Positions 49,852 through 63,150 of a stretch of 64,000 bases of DNA are shown here, one piece after another. The stretch's first letter is position 1, and each line of letters begins with the position of its first letter. The notes below the pieces were generated by a model, which saw only the letters and a program-made list of their open reading frames with translations, was not told the origin of the DNA and ran no database searches. The DNA is from the human T2T-CHM13v2.0 reference genome, Homo sapiens: the NCBI RefSeq assembly GCF_009914755.1, contig NC_060926.1; one strand, given 5' to 3'. Both the position numbers and the translations under genes were made by a program.

Positions 49852-51249
49852 TCTATTCTTAGGTTCCCAGATCTAGGCAATTTTCATGCTTTGTGAATTT
49901 AAGGAATGGCTGCCCGAAAAATCTATGAGTCTCTGTAAAGTCCTTCCTGGACCCTACAATCATCTCCAATACATTGTCAGTAAAATACTGAAGCTCCACC
50001 TTCCTTGGGCCTTTCTATTAAGAAGCATCTGAACTTACACTATGCTGGGCTTTCTCTTACGCACACAAGACAAATAAAATATACACTGATACAGTTTGAT
50101 CCCCTATAAGGAAAATTTTAGAGGCTCACACTAAAGTATGCCCCATCCAAGACTTTGAGTGGACAGAACCCCCTGTAGACTGATAAAAAGCTGGAGTATC
50201 ATTCTCCCTTTGTAAACTCTTATAGCTCTATTTTAAAACCAGGGCAAGGCCAGGGTCTTCCATGCCTGGTCAGCAGAACACAGCTTTGAGTCCAGCCACG
50301 ACATGTCCCCTCCTGCAGGGTCATTACAGGTCACTCACTAATGGAGAAAGACTTGGGGTGGTATTAGCTGGGACAATTGTCCTCTGCTCCTCTTTAGACT
50401 CCATCCACATGTGCAGGGGTACAGATCACCCCCTCAACCACCATAAGTGAGATCACTCTTAGGAAAAGCAAAATCCCATGTTCCTTGGCTCTCTTCCGAA
50501 TTCATCCCAGTCATCTGATTTAAGAAGTAATTTCAGATCATCTTCCCATTTCTGCTTCATGTTGTATCATCAAAAACACGTGTCCAGTTGGTTAGCAGAA
50601 TCAGAAACATACATCAGTCTCGATAGTAGAAGAGGCAGGGATTTTCCTGAGGAGTTAGTGTCAACCTCTGAAAGATGAGGCAGCAAGAAAATCACAAACA
50701 CTAAGAACGTGCTTGCAAAATGGGGGAACTAGGCTTTTCCCAGCTCCCTCCCCCACATCCTCCTCTCCCTATGACTGGCTGGCCCTGGGCCCCTGCAAGC
50801 CCCACCCCTACCCTCAGCCCTAGCCCAGACTCTAGGGCAAACCCAGGGAGCAGAGACGGGGTCTCCCTCCCCCACCCCATCATCAGCCCAGACTGCCCAG
50901 GCTTGCAGCCCATGTGCCCATGGACTGGGCCAGGGGAGCCCCACAGGTGGCCTTGCTCTCTGCAAACAGGAAGCTCAGGGCTTGCCCTAGACACTGTCTC
51001 CTGAATCAACTCTCAGTCTGGCATATTTCACAGCTTTCATTTCATTATGCTTTAGTAGACTTTTAAATAAATTTTTTCATTGAAAGTCATATATACATGA
51101 TTAAAAAAAAAAAGCCGGAGCACAAAAAGATATATAATTAAACAGGAAGCCACGTTCTGTTGTCAGATCCAATACCCTACGCCCCAGAGGTAATCACTTT
51201 CAAGAGTCCTATAGGTTCCCTTCCCAACAAGTCATCACATGCACAGGAG

Positions 51250-51793
51250 GGGCCATTACATGCACAGGACCAACAGCTGCTAATTTAACAGATTTTTCAG
51301 ACTCTCCCTCCTTGCTATTATGTTTAGAAAGCCAGATCTTTGCTTTTTCAGCCTTCCTTGCAGCAGGAGATGGGTACGTGACCCTATCCTGGCAATGAGA
51401 TGCACAGGTGAGTTAGCCTGTGGCAGGGAGACAAGGGGCCAGGTGGCATCCAGGAAGCTCTTACTTTCCAGATTTAAAAAGAAAAAACAATGTGCCTGGC
51501 ATTGGCCAGCCCCTTCCTCTTTTCTCATGCTTGGGTGTGATATTTGGAGCTGCAGCAGCCATCTTGGGACCATGGGGTAAAGAGTGTCGGGATAAAAAGC
51601 CAACACATTTTATGAAGGCACAGCAGAAGAGAAAGAACCCAGATCTCTAAAGACATTGTTCAGTGGATGAACACATACCCCCGGCTGCTAACCTCCATAC
51701 ATGGTGTTCCATGAGAAAAATAAAGCTCAATGTTTTAACCAGTGCTGGTCAGGTTTTCAGTTACTTATAGAAGAACCCATCCTAATTGATACA
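51250..51793 (+). mobile_element. MLT1J/K-like LTR within an L1ME fragment (~51050-52100, minus)
   Basis: CAGCCTTCCTTGCAGC...GGAGCTGCAGCAGCCATCTTGGGACCATG...GAGAAAAATAAA...CCTAATTGATACA. Confidence 0.75.
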
Positions 51794-53611
51794 ATATAGA
51801 AGCATCATTAGTGAATTTAATTTTCTTCAAATGGGTGCAGACTGGACAGTGCCCTGCACTTTGCTTTCTTCACTCAGCATGCACCTTTGCAATGTTTCCC
51901 ATACCCATTCACGTAGGCCTAGCTCATTCTCAGCTGCTTCAGTTTTCTGCTGCACAGAACACATTATAAATAAAGCTGACATCCTACCAATGCACATTTT
52001 TATTGGTTGCTTCCAATTTTATCCTACTAAAACGAAGGCCACAAGAAGCATCTCTGTATCTACAACTTAGTGCACTTGTTTCTCTCTGTACAGTAATTTG
52101 TGGAAGAGGCAGGCCAGAGACCTCGCCCCTGGCCCCTGTCTTTGTCCCCTGCTCACTCCACGGACTGGGCACACTGAACCCTCCTTGGGTCTCCTGGGCC
52201 CACCATTGCCAAGGGCTCACATCTTGATTCCCCTTTTTCTCTACTCACTCTGCTGCCCATCCTGAACACTAGGACATCTACTACCTTGGCCAGAGCCTTG
52301 GGTTCCCCTAACCTACATCTCAGTTTGGGTAAGTGGCCTTGAGCTTCTTCCTCGGGGACTGAAACTAAGGCTTGCTCTCATCTGGCTCTCCCTGCAGCCC
52401 ACTGCTGTCACCCAACCTCACCCCAGCACCTGGGTCTGCTCCCCAGCCCTGCACCATCCACCCCTTTCCAGAACCTGCCCCTTCCTGTTCAGATGAACAG
52501 GCCCACATCAGGCCGACTGCCAGGCAAGCTCCCACAGGAAACAGAACAAGCAGCCACACCCCACCTATAACCAGGCTCTGGCCCTGGTTTCAGCACCTGC
52601 AACCCACCCCAGAAATTCACACCAGAAACCCAACCTCACAGCCCAACCAAAATCCCATTTGCCACCAGAAGCTGACAAATGCCATTGCTGGGTAGAGGGA
52701 CACACCAAGATGGAGGTCAGATATCTAAGAACACGCAAAACAGGCATGCAGATTTATGTACCAGCGAAAGCAGATGCATGGAACATTCCATCAGATCTGA
52801 CTGGTTTATGCTCACCAGCCTGTGCCCAGCCAGCCAGGGCATGCTAAGAGCTGAAACACGCAGGGGAATGCTGTCAGCACAGATGTGCAGGTGACATTTT
52901 CAGGGTAAAATCCTGTCTTCTAGGGCAAAAAGCCATCTTCTCTGGCTGGCAGATTCGCAAGGCTGCTTGCATCCAGGCCACAGCCTGCAGTTCCCCCTCC
53001 AGCTCACTCCTCTTCACTCATCCCCACCAGCCAGCTACACCCAGGTCTTAGGGAACATCCAGAAGGCAGCGTCCTCTGAGACCACCTGGTCCAGTCCTCT
53101 GATTTTACAGATAAGAAAACTGAGGTCCAAAGAGGTCAAAAAAGTCACCCAGTTGCTTTGTGACAGGGCCAGGGACACAAACACTAAAGCCACCTTCATT
53201 GAGCACCTCCTCCTATGCTCCCAACTCTCCTTTGAGATATGTAGCATCGCTCCCTTTTCATTGATCAGAAATTGGAGGTTGATAGAGGTCAAGGAACTAG
53301 CTCCAGATCACACAGCTGGTGAGGAGCAGAGCTTGGGTACAAACCAGCCAGACAACCCTCCATCCAGGACTCCATCTGCCCCAGCTTTACTAAGGAGGCT
53401 TACATCCCCATGACACCACTCCTAGGACAAGAATGAAAACTGTGGGTAAGAGAGGAAGAGAGTGTATGCATTCACCAAAGGGAGGGTTATTATTAAGCAA
53501 TGAAAATGCGAAAATAGTGTCTAAAACAGAATCTTGCAGGTGTTCAGCCATCTCCTTAAGCAAGGAAGTGCTCACAAAACAATGGATGGGAGCACATCAA
53601 AGGGACAATGG

Positions 53612-53916
53612 GGCCAAGCATGAGGCTCACGCCCCGTGGAATCCCAGCACTTTGGGAGGCTGAGGCAGGAAAATCACTTGAGCTCAGGAGTTCAAGACCA
53701 GCCTGGGCAACATAGTGAGACTTCTCCTCTACATAAAATCAAAAAAATCAGGCAAGCATGGTAGCACATGCCTATAGTCCCACCTACTAGGGATGCTGAG
53801 GTGGGAGGACCACTTGAGCCTGGGAATTCGAGGAGGCTGCAGTGAGCTATGATCTCACCATTATACTCCAACCTGGGCCACAAGAGTAAGACTCTGTCTC
53901 AAAAAAAAAAAAAAAA
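53612..53916 (+). mobile_element. Full-length AluJ (Jo-like)
   Basis: GGGCAACATAGTGAGAC, GAGGTGGGAGGAC, GCTGCAGTGAGCTATGAT; poly(A)16. Confidence 0.95.
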
Positions 53917-53919
53917 GGA

Positions 53920-54795
53920 GGGGGGGCACCCAGATCCCGAAAAAGCTCCCAATGGCCAAAGTTGGAAGAGTATGAGCAACAAACTACTATTGGATTATAA
54001 CCCAGAGAATACAATAAGTACCTATGAGCCAACATCGATATAAATAAATGATTGAACAAATAACAGGAAGAAGAGACAATCCACCCTTAAAGAAGAATTC
54101 CAAATAATTTATGTAGTTACCCACCTCTCGAAGAGGTGGAGCATGACTTTCCCTGCCCTCAGGTGTGGGCTGTGTTTGGTGACTTGCTTCCCAAGGGCAG
54201 GTCTGAGAAAGGAGTGGGGGAGGAGAGAACTTTGCTGGGAGAAACCCAACAAACACAGCTCAGCCAGAAGCTCAAGGTCATTGGCTGCGATCAGTCCTGT
54301 TGATAGGCACGCACCCTTGATTGCATACGATAAAAATGGCACTTCACCTCTGTGGGCTTCTCCCGAGAACCCGTAACCGCGGTCTAACCATAAGAAAAAT
54401 ATCAGATAGCCCAAACTGAAGGGCATTCTACAAAAATACCTGGCCAATCCTCACGACAGCTGTCAAGGTCATCCAAAACAAGGAAAGTCTGAGAAACTGT
54501 CATAGACCAGAGGAGGCCACCAAGATGTGACAACCAAATGCAATGTGGGATCCTAGAGGGGAATCTTGGGACAGAAAAAGGCCTTAGGGAAAAACTAGTG
54601 CAATCCACATAAACCGTGGCGCTTAGCTGAAAGAACCAACCAATGTTAGTTCCTTAGTGGTGAGGAACGTGCTAGGGAGATGCAAGCTGTCACAATGGGG
54701 AAACCAGTGAGGTGTGTCCAGGAATCCTCTGCGTTATCTTTGCAATGCTTCTGTAAATGCACAGCCGTTCGAAACCAAAGGTTGCTAGTTTATAA
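53920..54795 (+). mobile_element. L1MC/L1MD 3' UTR
   Basis: GGGCATTCTACAAAAATACCTGGCC...GTCAAGGTCATC...CTGAGAAACTGTCA...AAATGCAATGTGGGATCC...CTTCTGTAAAT. Confidence 0.8.
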
Positions 54796-54832
54796 ATACA
54801 CCGAGATGAGATGTCCCACTATCTTGCTAGGG

Positions 54833-55001
54833 GAGTCGTTCCCAACTGACCACCCATGAGACTGGTTGGGGAGATTTTCAAAACTTTTCAAAGGCCCTGC
54901 CTGGGATGAAGTGAACAAGCATCCCTAGGCCTGCGGCCTGAGCATCAGGACCTTGACAAGATCCCCTGGTGATTCTACCGTGCATTAGGGTTGAAACCAG
55001 T
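54833..55001. mobile_element. MER5A-like hAT element
   Basis: CCCCTGGTGATTCT...GGGTTGAAACCAGTG terminus. Confidence 0.6.
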
Positions 55002-56309
55002 GGCCAGGGTAGGACAGGAGTTAATTGCACAGGGCTTCCATGGAGTAAGATGGAGCTGGGAAAGGATGCTGGAACTCTTCAGGCTGCAGGAGAGCTGCAT
55101 GGAACGGACTGCCGCCCCTCCCCGCATTACCTCTGAAGGGCTCCTTGTTGGAACCTGGACATCTCTCACTCCCCTGTCCTGGGTCAGCCGCTGCTGGCGG
55201 GATCAGGTGGTGGAAGGGTTCAAATTTCCCTTGGGTGTTAAAATGCAAAGTGACCCTAACCAGCCAGGAAAAGAGCAGGTGTCCTCTTTCATCCAGCTGG
55301 GGTCACTGTCCCCTAAGGGGCCCCAGGCTGGTCCTTCCTGTCTCACTGAGGTCTCAGACCTCATGCTCATTGGGACTTGGCTGAACTCCAGGCCGTCAGC
55401 CCAACAGCGCTAAAGCTACAGCCAAGCCGCAGAGAGCCGTGGCCTCCCACGCCCCACGTTGCTGGGCAGAGAAGGGAAGCATTTCAGACAGGCAGGCTGG
55501 CCCCTGGCCAGCAGGTCTCCAGATGCCATGCAACACACACCTGAGCAGGGTAAGAGAATAGGTGTGTGTCAACAGTATTTGAAAAAGAAAATAGCTGCAC
55601 AAATACAGCACTTGTTAACACAGGTGTTTACAGGTGGAATTATTTTTCCAGGGCTGCTATCTCCCAGCCTTCTTTGTGCTTCTCAGCTCACACCTGCAGG
55701 GACTTTCCTACGAAGCCAAGGCACAAAGGGGAAGTGGATAGTCCGTATCAATTTTACCACGGAGGAGGTCAGCGATCGGCTTCAGGCCTGGCTAGTTTTC
55801 ACAGTTTCCCTTGCTGGACTCACTTCCATGTTTTCAACCTGCTCTAACAGGATCTGGCCTGCGCTCCACTTCCTGCTTGGCTAAGGCAGCTGCTGTGACC
55901 ACCCCAGGCAGTCACAGCAAGAAGCCATTTCCTGGGGCCAGGGCACGCTGGCTACTCTCGGGACATAATTATCTATCTGGTCCTTGTCTCCTCTCCCCCA
56001 GGAGAGGCTCAATGTTTGTATATTACAGATAAGGAAACTGACACACTTGTCTGAAGTCACAGGGCTAATAAGTGGAGGATGTTGTGCCGACATCAAACCA
56101 GGGAAGAACCCAAAGAGGCAGCTGCAAAGGGCTCCAGAAGTGTCTCCAAGATGACCCCCCCACCACCACCACCACCGCCCACACCAGGAGCAGCAGTGCT
56201 CTCTGTGGGAGACCCAGAAGCAGAGACATTCAACTTAAAATAGGATCTCATAGAATAAAGCAGTCCGTCAGGTGGTAACAAGTCCCAAGGTATTAAAAAT
56301 TATAGAAGA

Positions 56310-56400
56310 GAAATTTAATGCCTCTGAACAGCACACTTACAAATGGTTAAGATGGTCATTTTTATGTTACGTGTGTTTTAACACGATTTTAAATTTTTAA
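56310..56400 (+). mobile_element. L1MB-type extreme 3' end
   Basis: CACTTACAAATGGTTAAGATGGTCATTTTTATGTTA. Confidence 0.7.
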
Positions 56401-58124
56401 TTGACACACTTATGAAAGAGAAACTTAAAATGGAGAACGTTCTATTCCAGAGGGAGACCTAGCCAACTTGCATCACCAATTAGCCTGTTTTTGGTAAATG
56501 TACCCATTTTTTGCATTCTGAGAGAGGACTCTGTCCTCTGGAAAGACTTTCTCTTAGATGAGCCTTTTAATTCATGCAGATGTGGGCCGGAGTATTTGAG
56601 TATTTCCCGTTATATGGGGGAAGCACTAAAAGGTGAACTGCCCTAAATGCAGATTTCTCAGTGTGAGGTTTTAGGTGCTCTGCTTCACATGTAAAAGGCG
56701 AGACAGGGGACAGGAGTGAAGACAAGGTGGGGAGGGAACAGAAGAGCAGGCCCTGCTCCCCACCCCCAAGGCAGTGAGGAAACACCCCCACCAGCACCCT
56801 CTAAAAGGTTGGCACAGCAGGCAGGCTCCAGGAGGGGATGTAATCCTCCTCAGTAAAGCTGTTGAAGATGGCTGCCTGGGGACGCAGGGAGGGGCTCAGT
56901 CACACTTGGGGAGAGGCCAGACTGAAAGAGCAGGGCCAGCAGAGATGCTGAGATCCTCTCAGCCAGAGGCCACTTGTGGAAAAGTCCAACGGTACAATCT
57001 GGGCAGGAGGTGACAAGGGGCAAGCAGGGTGGACTGACTCCCAGGGTGCTCAGAGAAGCCTGGCAAGGTCCGAGTGTGCTGCAGGCCCCCGAGATGGCAA
57101 GTGGAGAACATGGAGACATTTGCCATTGGTAGCTTTTGATGTCCTTGTTCCTACAAGCCAGGGGGAAATGTCATGACTTGATTTTGGCAGTGAAACCCTT
57201 CAGCCCAACTTGAAGAGCAATGAGGCTTCCAGAAATGTTAAGAAACATTGCTCCATTCCAGCCTTCCTCCTTCACCTCCTCTCACAGACTAGCACCACCT
57301 GTGTTCCAAGTCACAGATGAAGAGTCCGAGGGTCAGAGAGGCGGGGTGTTCACAGGAGGGTCTGTGGTTTGGAGGCTGTCCCGGGTTGAAGCCCAGGTGT
57401 CTTGGTTCCTAATGTGAGTCTTCCATCCTCTATAACACTTTTTCCCAGGAAAAGGAGTTTCCCTGAGAGAAGGGGGGAGTCTGGCCACCTCCAAATCCCT
57501 GCTGGCTCCTCCAGAGGCCACCTCCAGCCCTGCCTCTCCCTCTGCCTGGCAGACGAGCCAAGGAGTGCCAGTACACAGGCTGCAAGCCGCTGGAGGCCAG
57601 TGACTACAGGGCTGGCAAGGGGAGAGAGAGACTTGAGAGAGGATGAGATTTTCAAAGCTCACCACCAAGAAGTTGAAAGGTTTTCCATTTGAACTATGGC
57701 AAGTCTCTAAAAGATGAGATGGTGTCTAATTAGACATTATTTTACATCATTCAAATTAAGATGACCTCATATTATAATTACAGATCTGCTACATTACTTG
57801 GAAGTAATCAGCATGACAGGCTATCCTCTCTGCCTACCCTTTTGGAAGCTCCAGGCTTCACACTGACCTTCTCCTGCTCCTCCACCTTCCATCAGAGATT
57901 GCCCTTTGGAGGGACAGCATCTACCAGAGTCCACACAGCAGCAAGCAGAAGCCTCCCCAGCACGCATCTCCATCCAAGAGTGGAGATTCGGTGAGCATCT
58001 GTGCACCAAGGACATGGGTCACACAAGGAGACGGACCTTTCATCAAAGGACATTATTCCTCTTACTTTCCATCAGTCCAGGGATCCCCTCTAATGGGCAA
58101 AATGTCCCCCACACCCATGCTCAT

Positions 58125-58180
58125 ACACACACACACACACACACACAGGTACACACAAACACGCACAAATACAACACACC
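58125..58180. repeat. (CA)n microsatellite with degenerate tail
   Basis: Pure AC run at 58125-58147. Confidence 0.9.
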
Positions 58181-59719
58181 CACAGGGGCAGTTCTATGAT
58201 ACAGACTTGTGTCCAGTTTTAAACCTCCACCCACCCACACACAGGGCCCTGTCTTCTGAGCCCTTCTCGCTCCAGGGCCAGCATGTTTCCGGCACATCCT
58301 CGGTCCACTCGATGTGTATTCACCTGCCAAAACCTGAAACGTACAGACACATTCTCAGCTGAGCCTTGCACAAATGATCAGCTCTGGTTCCACGGGACTG
58401 GCTCTCACTTGAGCACCCAGGTTGAGCAAACTATTTCTGTTCCCTCCGATCCTGCAGTTTCACCTGGGATGACAGCCACCTGGGCCATCACTCAGAGGCA
58501 CCCCCAATAACAAGCAGGCCGGGCTACCCAGGCAGCAGCCACCTCTCCAATGTCAGGGACATTCTGCAGCTCCCTCTGACTTAGCACTGCTTCATGTCTC
58601 CTGGCACCAACTTCCCACTCCATGATGGGTGACATTAGCACCCATAAATAATCTTGAAATAAAGAGAGATAATTAATATTTAGCTTTGCCAGAGGGAAGC
58701 ACTTAGGTGAAGCCATCTTGTAGTCAGAGGGGCTGATGCTTGTCAGCTGGAGGGCAGGACTAATGAGATGCATCAGGCGGTGGTGACAAGGAGCTAAAAA
58801 GCAGCTCCCTGGCTCCAAAGTGACTTCCACAGGACAAACAGACTCCAAGAGTGCAGGCAGATGTGAGCCCGCACACAGGCGGTCTTCCATTTCCCACCCA
58901 CATCCTGGGTTCTAGGGACCTGTGATCAACTTCAGGCCATCTGACTAGGCTTGAATACCCCCAGGGAGGGGGTGTTCACTTCCAGTCCACTAGCTTTGGG
59001 ACAGCAGAAAAGAGAATTGGGGCTTTGGTATCTTAAAGGCCTGGATTCAAAGCCCATTTGCCCCTAGACCCACCCCTTCTCCCCCATTCTGTGCCTTCTT
59101 TCCTGGGGAGGCGTCTCAATGCACACACAGCATCCTCACCAGAAGCCTGGGTACCATGCCACCTCCCCCTCACCCTCAGCCCCCACAACCAGTCCATTGC
59201 CTGGCCCTGGAGAGCCTGCCCCCTTCAGCTCAGGTATACGGGCCCCAGGAAGACCACCTGCCACCACCAGTCGTCATCAGCTTTCTCCTGCTTTTTGCAA
59301 TGGCCTCCTACCTGGGATCCTTCCTCTGGTCCACCCCTCTACTCCTCCATCCCAAAAGCCGTCCTCCAAACTCCTCTCCAGGAAAGGCTTCCAGAATACA
59401 TTCCTGACCACACACTTTCCTACAGAAAATTGCCACGTGCAGGACAACTGCCCGACTCCTCAGTGCCACCTCCCGAGAGCTCCACACTCAGCCCCAACAC
59501 CTGTTCCTGCAGCACCTCCAACCCCAGCCCTGCCCCGTGCGTGTATACACAGGAGTGCACATCCACATATGTGTGCACCTGCGCACACACACACAAATAC
59601 CCTCTGGCCTGTCTGCTGCCAGCTGCTTCAACCTCCAACAGCTGTGCCTGCGGTCATGCAGCCAGGCCTAGATCCAACTGTGCCTGGATCATGCAGCCAG
59701 GCCACTGGTCAACAAGTCA

Positions 59720-59885
59720 CTATCCACTCCTCAAGTCTCAGTTTGCTCATCTGTAAAATGGGAAAGATAAAATAATACCACACCTCTTGGTGTGGAGGGG
59801 TGCTATAACCTCTCAATGAAAAAATGTATCTAAAGCTCTGGGACCATGTCTGGCACATGTAAAGAGTTTGATAAATGTTCTTTGC
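59720..59885 (+). mobile_element. MIR SINE
   Basis: TCTCAGTTTGCTCATCTGTAAAATGGG...TGTCTGGCACATGTAA. Confidence 0.75.
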
Positions 59886-60077
59886 CTTTCCTCCAAAAAT
59901 AGCCAGGGCTGCATCTTAACAGACATCAACTGGGGTTGGGCAAGTGGGAAAAGGGAAGGAAGATTGGACAGGGCAGAGGGAGGGGCAGGGCTCTTTCAGA
60001 GGGTGCCAGGAGGGTGCAGGTGTCCATCTACACGGGTTGTCCTGCAAAACATCTCTGAGACAAACTGTAATAATTCT

Positions 60078-60378
<301 letters not shown>

Positions 60379-60859
60379 CAAACTGTAACAATTCTGATGA
60401 TTTGGATGAAAATATTTACACAACAAGCACATCTGAGATAAAAAACATTAGAATCTCTTTAGACTAATTTGTTCAACACAAACACCAAACCCAAGCTGCT
60501 TCAAAATGAGAAGGAGCGAGATGGTATTTCTCCCTCTTCCATGGCTCAAAGACACACAGCAGAATAGTATGGCTGGGAGTAGGCAAGGAAGGGCCCTTGG
60601 CACTCACAGCACCCGCCAGGTGGCTCCTGAATGCTAGGGGGTCCTGGGCTGGTGAGTTTCTAAAGGAAAAGGATTTCTCTGGACGGAGGGCTGTGTACTG
60701 CTCTGCATTTGTAGGGGAGATCTTTTATACCAGTGCCCCCCCCCCCCAACCCGCCATGGTGCGTGCCATCTGCACACCCACACAGGGTCCCACACACATC
60801 CAGGCACCGGGAGAGAGGGCAGGAGGAGGAGGTAGAGGAGACGCGGGGCAACGATCAGG

Positions 60860-61035
60860 AAAAGAGAAACACAGAGGGAGACAGTTCAAGAAAGTGAGAG
60901 ACACAAAGGAATGGAGAGACAGAGAGAGGTGTAGGCTGAAAGAATGAGAAAGAATGGGCTAAAAATAAAAAGACAGAGGCACAGACAGACAGATAGAGGA
61001 AAGGAGAGAGAGAGAAAAAGAGAGAGAGAGAGCAA
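60860..61035. repeat. GA-rich low-complexity tract
   Basis: GAGAGACAGAGAGAGG...GAGAGAGAGAG. Confidence 0.85.
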
Positions 61036-61054
61036 TGGGAGCATATTGCTTTTC

Positions 61055-61760
61055 CCCTGTGTCGACATTTGCACACATGGTACAAAAGCAACAGTGCAGG
61101 AAACTGCACAAATCAAGGAAACGGGCAGTGGCACCAAACCATATTAACAGTCACTGCAATCTCCCCTGCCACACACATCAGTTTCACTGAAGAATGCACT
61201 TGATGAAGCAGGAAAAAGCATTAATTTCATTATGTCTCTATACTTGATGACATATTTTTAATATTCTGTGTGAGGAGATGGGAAGGACACACACACCCTT
61301 CTACTATGCTCTGAAGTGAGAAGTTGACTACAGGAAAAGCACTTATGTGAGTTACAAGCTAAACTAGCCACTTTTTTCATGCATCATCATTTTTATTTGA
61401 CAACTGACAAACTATATTTCTTCAGACTTAGGTATTTGGCAGACATCCTCTTGAAAATAAACAAAGTAGGCCTGTTCATTCAAGGCAAACAACTGACAGC
61501 GTTTATTGTCAACAACAATATCTAAGATTTCAAGTGAAAATTAGAATTTTGGGAAGCTTGTACTTGACTGAGAGCACTCCAAGACTTTTCCACAGAGATT
61601 GATGCTGATATTAATTATGGCGGCTTCTGGATATTGAACAATGAAATGTGTCAACATTTGGAAGATCTTCATAACTCAGTAAACCGGTAGTTAACATGAC
61701 AATGTAAAATCATGCATGGACAAAAGATCTATTCAAAGAACAGATAAACCAACAGACATT
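61055..61760 (+). mobile_element. Charlie1-like hAT transposase remnant (frameshifted)
   Basis: Fragments translate to CVDICTHGTKA (cf. hAT C..ICTDGA.AM), LKNALDEAGKSINFI and NILCEEMG. Confidence 0.8.
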
Positions 61761-62331
61761 AAGAGTACTTAGTCCTGAGGACTGGATGCTTCTCTGGAAA
61801 TGAGAATAATAACCTCCCTTGTAAGAACATGCTAGCAGTGTCTGACATGTCATAGACATGTGATAGCTTCTGTTCTTAGATTACAGAGGTGGTAAATGAA
61901 GTATCACCATGGCTCTACCCATCTAACTTTAGTAGGCCCCCTACCACCACACACACAATTACCATAGCATGCTCCCAATACGATATCAGCTCTTTGCACT
62001 TGGCTGGGCTGGCCTGCTACACCCCAGTGCAAAGTGGAATTTCTTCAGCACATTGATCATCTTGTAAGCATCTTCACTCACAGCTCAGTAAACAGCCAAC
62101 ATTGTCCCAAAGAGTAGCAGCCCTTCAAGTATCCGGTCATGTGTCTAAAGAGCTCCATATCCATGCATGTGTGTGTATGTTTTTGTTACTGAAAGGGCAT
62201 GGGGGGGGCCACGTCTATACCGGACTACAGAGAGTGAAGCTGGCATTTAAAATCTACTATGCTTTAGCAATTGCGAAATATGCAATGCATCTTTTATTTA
62301 TTATAGTCCCCATTCTGTATAAAAAATAAAT

Positions 62332-62455
62332 TTGTGAAGTGATGGATTTGTTAATTAGCTTGATTTAATCATTTCACAATGTAAACATGTATCAAAACAT
62401 CACATTGCACCCCATAAATACAGACAATTATTATTTGCCAAGTAAAAATGAAATG
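62332..62455 (+). mobile_element. L1MA-type extreme 3' end
   Basis: TGATGGATTTGTTAATTAGCTTGATT...CATTTCACAATGTA...ATCAAAACATCACATTG. Confidence 0.8.
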
Positions 62456-62824
62456 GATAAAAATGAGCTTGGTGGAGCGCAGAGCTGGCAGCACTGTGCT
62501 CAGCAGCTTAGCAGCTTGCTCACCCCATTCCACGAGGGATCTGGGAAAGGCCCACACTGTGGCTCTTAGAGCTGACTCCCAGCCCAGCAGCCCAATCTGG
62601 CCCAAACAGAGGGTATGGCCCTTACCCTAGCGTCAACTAAAGAGAGAAACCAGAGCATTCACCCATCTCTTTCCCCACCTTTCCCCAGAGGTCTGGAATA
62701 TAGATTGTGCTTGAGCACACAGGACATGGTTCTGTCTCAACGGAGCCAACATCTTGGCCTAGCACAGGCCACTTTGTGACACTCTGTCTTATCCCCCAGG
62801 AGCACAGCCACATGGGCAGAAATC

Positions 62825-63012
62825 AGGAAGAGACAGCCAGCAAAACACCAGGAGCTGGGGCAGACCTGGAACAGTCTCCCTCCCAGGACCAAAAGGAACC
62901 GACCCTGCCTGCACCTTGATCTTGGACTCTGGGTCTGCAGAACAATACGTTTCTGTCGTTGACGTCACTCAGTTCAGGGTACCATGCTGTGGCAGCCATG
63001 TAAACTCATAAA
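62825..63012 (+). mobile_element. MLT1B/C-like LTR 3' part
   Basis: GGAACCGACCCTGCCTGCACCTTGATCTTGGAC...TGTGGCAGCC..AAACTCATA. Confidence 0.7.
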
Positions 63013-63014
63013 TC

Positions 63015-63150
63015 CTGCCAGAAGCTATTATCACACCTATTTTACAGGTGAAGAAACTGGAGCTCTGGGAGATTAGGGACTTTGCCCAAGGTCACTTGGC
63101 TAAAAACTTACCGAGCTAGAGTTAGCCTCTCTTTTCACAGCCCCTCAACT
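63015..63150 (-). mobile_element. MIR SINE
   Basis: ATTTTACAGGTGAAGAAACTGGAGCTC...TTGCCCAAGGTCAC. Confidence 0.75.

Noticed and set aside
52589-52610. REST/NRSF site (TTCAGCACC)
   Set aside because: Only the left half is present; the GGACAG right half is missing
59058-59775. Longest ORFs (232 and 218 aa)
   Set aside because: Overlapping frames in C-rich, stop-poor DNA that includes L2-like, CA-rich and MIR sequence; Pro/Ser-rich with no domain
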